DNA of 63,990 bases, counting the filler, from Catajapyx aquilonaris (taxonomy: Eukaryota), in the NCBI GenBank assembly GCA_000934665.2. It is 3 parts of 3 records of this genome, joined end to end, with 100 filler letters (N's around TTAATTAATTAA, not from the genome) between each part and the next. Parts side by side here need not be neighbours in the genome. Positions count along the whole stretch, not along the records: positions 43,405 to 63,990 come from JYFJ02006226.1; 2 more parts are not named here. One strand, written 5' to 3'. The translations under genes were made by a program, and so were the position numbers. Below, piece after piece: positions 60,270 through 63,990 of the stretch (position 1 is its first letter; every line of letters starts with the position of its first letter). A model generated the notes under the pieces. The model saw nothing but the letters and a program-made list of their open reading frames with translations, ran no database searches and was not told the DNA's origin.

Positions 60270-62376
60270 ATGTGTAAGTGTAGTGAAGATTGCACTTCTG
60301 TTTTTCAAAAAAGCATGATACATGAGGACGGCAGTGAAAAGCCGGTTGCATATGAGTCTCGTAAGCTGACTGAGGTAGAACAAAAATGGTCCACCTATGA
60401 ACAGGAAGTGCTGGGAGTAGTTCATGCATTGCGAATTTGGCGTTGTTATTTGTTGGGTTGTGATTTTGTGTTGAGGACGGACAACAAAGCTGTTAGTTTT
60501 TTGTTGGGTCAGAAAGTTCTTACGTCCAAGCAGACACGTTGGTTCACGCTTCTTCAAGATGATGCCTTTTCGTTGGAACATGTCAAGGGCAAGATCAATT
60601 GTGTGGCCGACACATTATCTCGCCCACCACCGGAGTTAGCAGTTGTGTCCTCGGGAATTATCCGGGAGGATTTGAGCGGATGTCGGACCTATCTATGACC
60701 AGTTGGACCAACCCGATTCTTTGCCATCGCATTTGCAGTATCGGGCTAAGTTGTTCGTGAAAAGAGGGGACAAGTTGTTCCTGGTGGCCGGTGGAGAAGA
60801 CCGACTGGCCATTCCGGAAGGCGCGTTGCGCTTGAAATTGATCGAGGAAGCACATGATGGGAAGACGGCAGGTCATTTCGGGGTAGAGAAAAGTTATGGC
60901 TTGTTGTCCATAAATTTCTTTTGGCCTAGAATGTATATAGGCAGGTGCAACGATATATATCCTCCTGTGATGCTTGTCAAAGGTCAAAGGTTGAATCTAC
61001 TCATCCTGCAGGGCTCCTGCAACCTCTGGAAATTCCTGGCGGTCGTTGGGAAAGCGTCTCGATGGACCTCATAACAGGTCTACCCGCGACAACAAAAGGG
61101 AATGATGCGATTGTAGTTTTTGTGGATAGATTTAGCAAGATGGCTCATTTTGCCGCTTGTAAGACTACGGTCACTGCTAAGAAGTTGGCTGATAAGGTTT
61201 TTTGTTATCATGGTTTATGTTTGACTTTGATTTCGGATAGAGATCCGAAGTTCTGTTCACAATTCTGGCAGTCATTGTTTCGGAGGATAGGGACTAAATT
61301 GTGTATGTCTACTGCACATCATGCACAAACGGATGGGCAAACAGAAAGGACAAACAGGGTGTTGGAGGATATGTTGCGTATCTATTGCAGGGAAGAACCG
61401 AACTGCTGGGATGAATCATTGGCGACGGTTGAATTCGCATTTAACAATGCTAAATCAGCGTCAACGGGAATGTCTTTTTTTTTTTTTTTGCTGTAATGGC
61501 ACATCCCCCTATACGCCTGTGTCATTATTACGTGGGGTACTTGTAGAGGGGGAGACTGATCACGTACCCGCATTTGTTGACCGTTTACGGAGTATCATGG
61601 ACAGGGCGAAGGACGCACTGAGGCGAGCACAGGAAGTGCAGGTGAAATATTATGATAAGAAACACAGACATGTAACTTACAAGAAAGGGATGTATGTATT
61701 ACTGAAGTCGGATGCTGTACGCCAACATTGTGGTAATACGACAAAAAAACTGATGCCTAAGTTTTTGGGGCCTTTTCTAATAGAGGATGTTCCTAGCAGG
61801 TTAACATGCAGGTTACGCTTGCCAAAGACCTTACGGATCCATCCCGTCCTTCACGTGGGTCAATTGCGGCGGTATGTGCCAAGGGATTCTGACAGACCCT
61901 CTAGCAGTGTTCGTCCTCTCCCATTGCATGTCGACAAGAAAAGTGCTGTGTATAAGGTAGAAAAGATATTGAAGAGTAAATTGGTGAAGGGTAAAAAAAT
62001 GTATTTGGTCAAGTGGGAAGGGTATCCAACAAGCGAAGCGACTTGGGAACCAAATGATCATGTAAAACATCTGTTGCAGTGATTTTGCTGTTTCGTTTCT
62101 TCGGTTTGGCGGTGGGTGTATGTAATGGAGTTTCCTTTTGACTTGTGTGAACCTCCCCATTTGTTGTATGCACTGATAAGAATGTTGTTGGCCACTGAGG
62201 TGAGAGCTTGTGACAGAGAGAGACCAACCACCTTGGGGTGCGGTTGTGCATCCGGAGAGTCCAGACGCTCTTATTTGGCCACTGACCAGACTGTTTACAT
62301 TGCGATTGTTGACAAGGGCAATACATCATATCTACAGAACCATCTTATTGGGACTTATTTGGGGTACCTCGTTACA
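60270..62376 (+). mobile_element. Chromodomain-containing Ty3/Gypsy element: RNase H, integrase, chromodomain, 3' LTR (62121-62376); frameshifted
   Basis: PVAYESRKL..EQEVLGVVHALRIWRCYLLG; HD..AGHFG; PAGLLQPLEIP..WESVSMDLITGLP..VDRFSKMAHF..SDRDPKF..QTDGQTERTN; KFLGPF; IHPVLHV; YLVKWEGYPTSEATWEP; G-rich tract then TGTAAT...GTTACA. Confidence 0.93.
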
Positions 62377-62789
62377 GTTTCCCTAGTGTTGTTTTAAAAA
62401 CCTTGGTTCATCCCATGTTAACATATGCAGAAATGTTTCCACAACTTTGGGCACATACTGGCGGTGTATGTGGGCCCGTACCCTGAGGCTGCAGCAAACG
62501 TCAAGTCTGTTATCAATGTTGCTATTGTCACCTTCGAGACGGGCGGTACTGTCACTGAAATCATGGGTGGCAAGGTGAGTTCGGGTGAGTTGCACATGCC
62601 TTTGTAAAGAGTTTTATGAAGTGATGAATACTCTGTTTTTGACCGGTTTGTTTTTCCCTTCAGCTAAAGCAGACGATAGCAGTTGGCAAGCACAAATTGA
62701 AGGTGCGGCGGAATTACGTACCCGTCGAGGTTGCTGATGAGGCAAGAGATATCAATTATTGTGTTTACCCATCTTGTATATACTATAAA

Positions 62790-63057
62790 GTGTCAGATGC
62801 AAAAATCGCGTTCTGGCACATCCAGCTGGACGAATCCAGCTCATACTTATGTACATTTGCAACGCCGTTTGGCAAGATACCGATTTACAAGACTGGCGTA
62901 CGGGGTGTACTCAGCTCCAGAGATCTTCCATAGACGCCTGCAGCAGATGTTGGACCACCTAGCGGGTGTAGCAGTATTCACTGACGATGTCATCATTTGG
63001 GGTCGCACGATGAAGGAACACAATGAACGCCTAAAAGCTGTCCTCGACTGTGCCTAG
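62790..63057 (+). mobile_element. Gypsy reverse transcriptase fragment (different family)
   Basis: DAKIAFWHIQLDESSSYLCTFATPFG / YRFTRLAYGVYSAPEIFHR..VFTDDVIIWG..EHNERL. Confidence 0.88.
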
Positions 63058-63528
63058 AAAAATGACTAAGATTTCGTAAGGTGGTGATGGTGGTGGTGTA
63101 GAAGCCAAAGCAACTATGGCTTTCTGGCTATACGAAGACGCAAAGGTGGGCAGATGAAGAGAGAAACGAAGAGGAAAGGGACGAGAGGGAAGTGACCTGT
63201 TAAGTTTAGGCCTGTTAGTTGAGCCATTTCTCATGTCACATAATTTTGAGCTTATGAAGACTCAACGCAATGACTCTGAAGCCAGTTTTCATTTTCAGAA
63301 AAATTCTGATTCACCATGTTAAAAGAAATATTAATTCCCCATATAAATGACACAAACTAAAAATCTTGCTTACATTTATGAAATCAATCATTTTCAGGTG
63401 TAAAATTTTGATATGCACCACACCAACTATAACTGAACTTTAGTAATTGACAGCAGTAGTAATAAATTTACTGATGGGATCCCAGGCATTCATGATGTAA
63501 TTGTCATGTTTGCAACTGACTTTTAATA

Positions 63529-63800
63529 TTGACATTGTTACCAAAGGTGAGCCCATCCCGAAGTGTGACTGCAGCCCACTGTACATGCCGGGCAGGAAAG
63601 TCGGGCATTTGCAAACATGTTGCGGCAGTCATCCTACATGTGAACTCAGGAGGAGCTGCGGCATGCACGACAATGCTGCAGGCTTGGGGCAAGCCAAGGG
63701 CATCACAACTGGCACAGTATTCTGGTGGACAGAAAATGAGGGCTTTAGCACCAGCTCCAAACATCACCAATGAACCTTACATCAGCGCAGCTGCCTGAAG
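63529..63800 (+). mobile_element. SWIM zinc-finger fragment of a transposon-associated protein (type often linked to YqaJ-like nuclease)
   Basis: AHCTCRAGKSGICKHVAAVIL...ACT...QAWGKP. Confidence 0.7.
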
Positions 63801-63990
63801 AATCATTGTTAGGCATCATGTTTGGTGCAGAGGTGAAGACGCAAGTGACACAAACCGCAAGTTGCACCGGTCGCGGTATAGATAAAAGAATTTCAGGTGT
63901 AATTAGCCAAAGAGGCCTTACCACCTGTGGGCAACAAACCAACAATGTCCGGCTCCCAGATCCATACAGTCTGGGGCCGGGGCATACGAA

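Overview
Eukaryotic, repeat-rich DNA, most likely from a hexapod or other pancrustacean (insect-like CDK12 kinase sequence, divergent ionotropic receptors). It is not one continuous locus: two identical 100-bp spacers (N44-TTAATTAATTAA-N44; 21660-21759 and 43305-43404) join three contigs. Contig 1 (1-21659) has a Helitron remnant and two intact, spliced, divergent ionotropic-receptor-like genes (721 and 655 aa by my splicing), with deeply nested transposons in the intron of the second. Contig 2 (21760-43304) has the 5' six exons of a CDK12/13-like gene with unusual activation-segment substitutions (T->S at the T-loop, TLWYR->TLPYR), nested MITEs and SINEs, a foldback and a C2H2 zinc-finger pseudogene. 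Contig 3 (43405-63990) has no host gene I can identify. It is a mosaic of about 14 short fragments from unrelated transposon families, and every one I could identify lies on the + strand, the layout expected of a unistrand (flamenco-like) piRNA cluster. It includes a spliced RAG1/Transib-related transposase remnant and a chromodomain-bearing Ty3/Gypsy element. All family assignments come from motif recognition by eye, without database searches.
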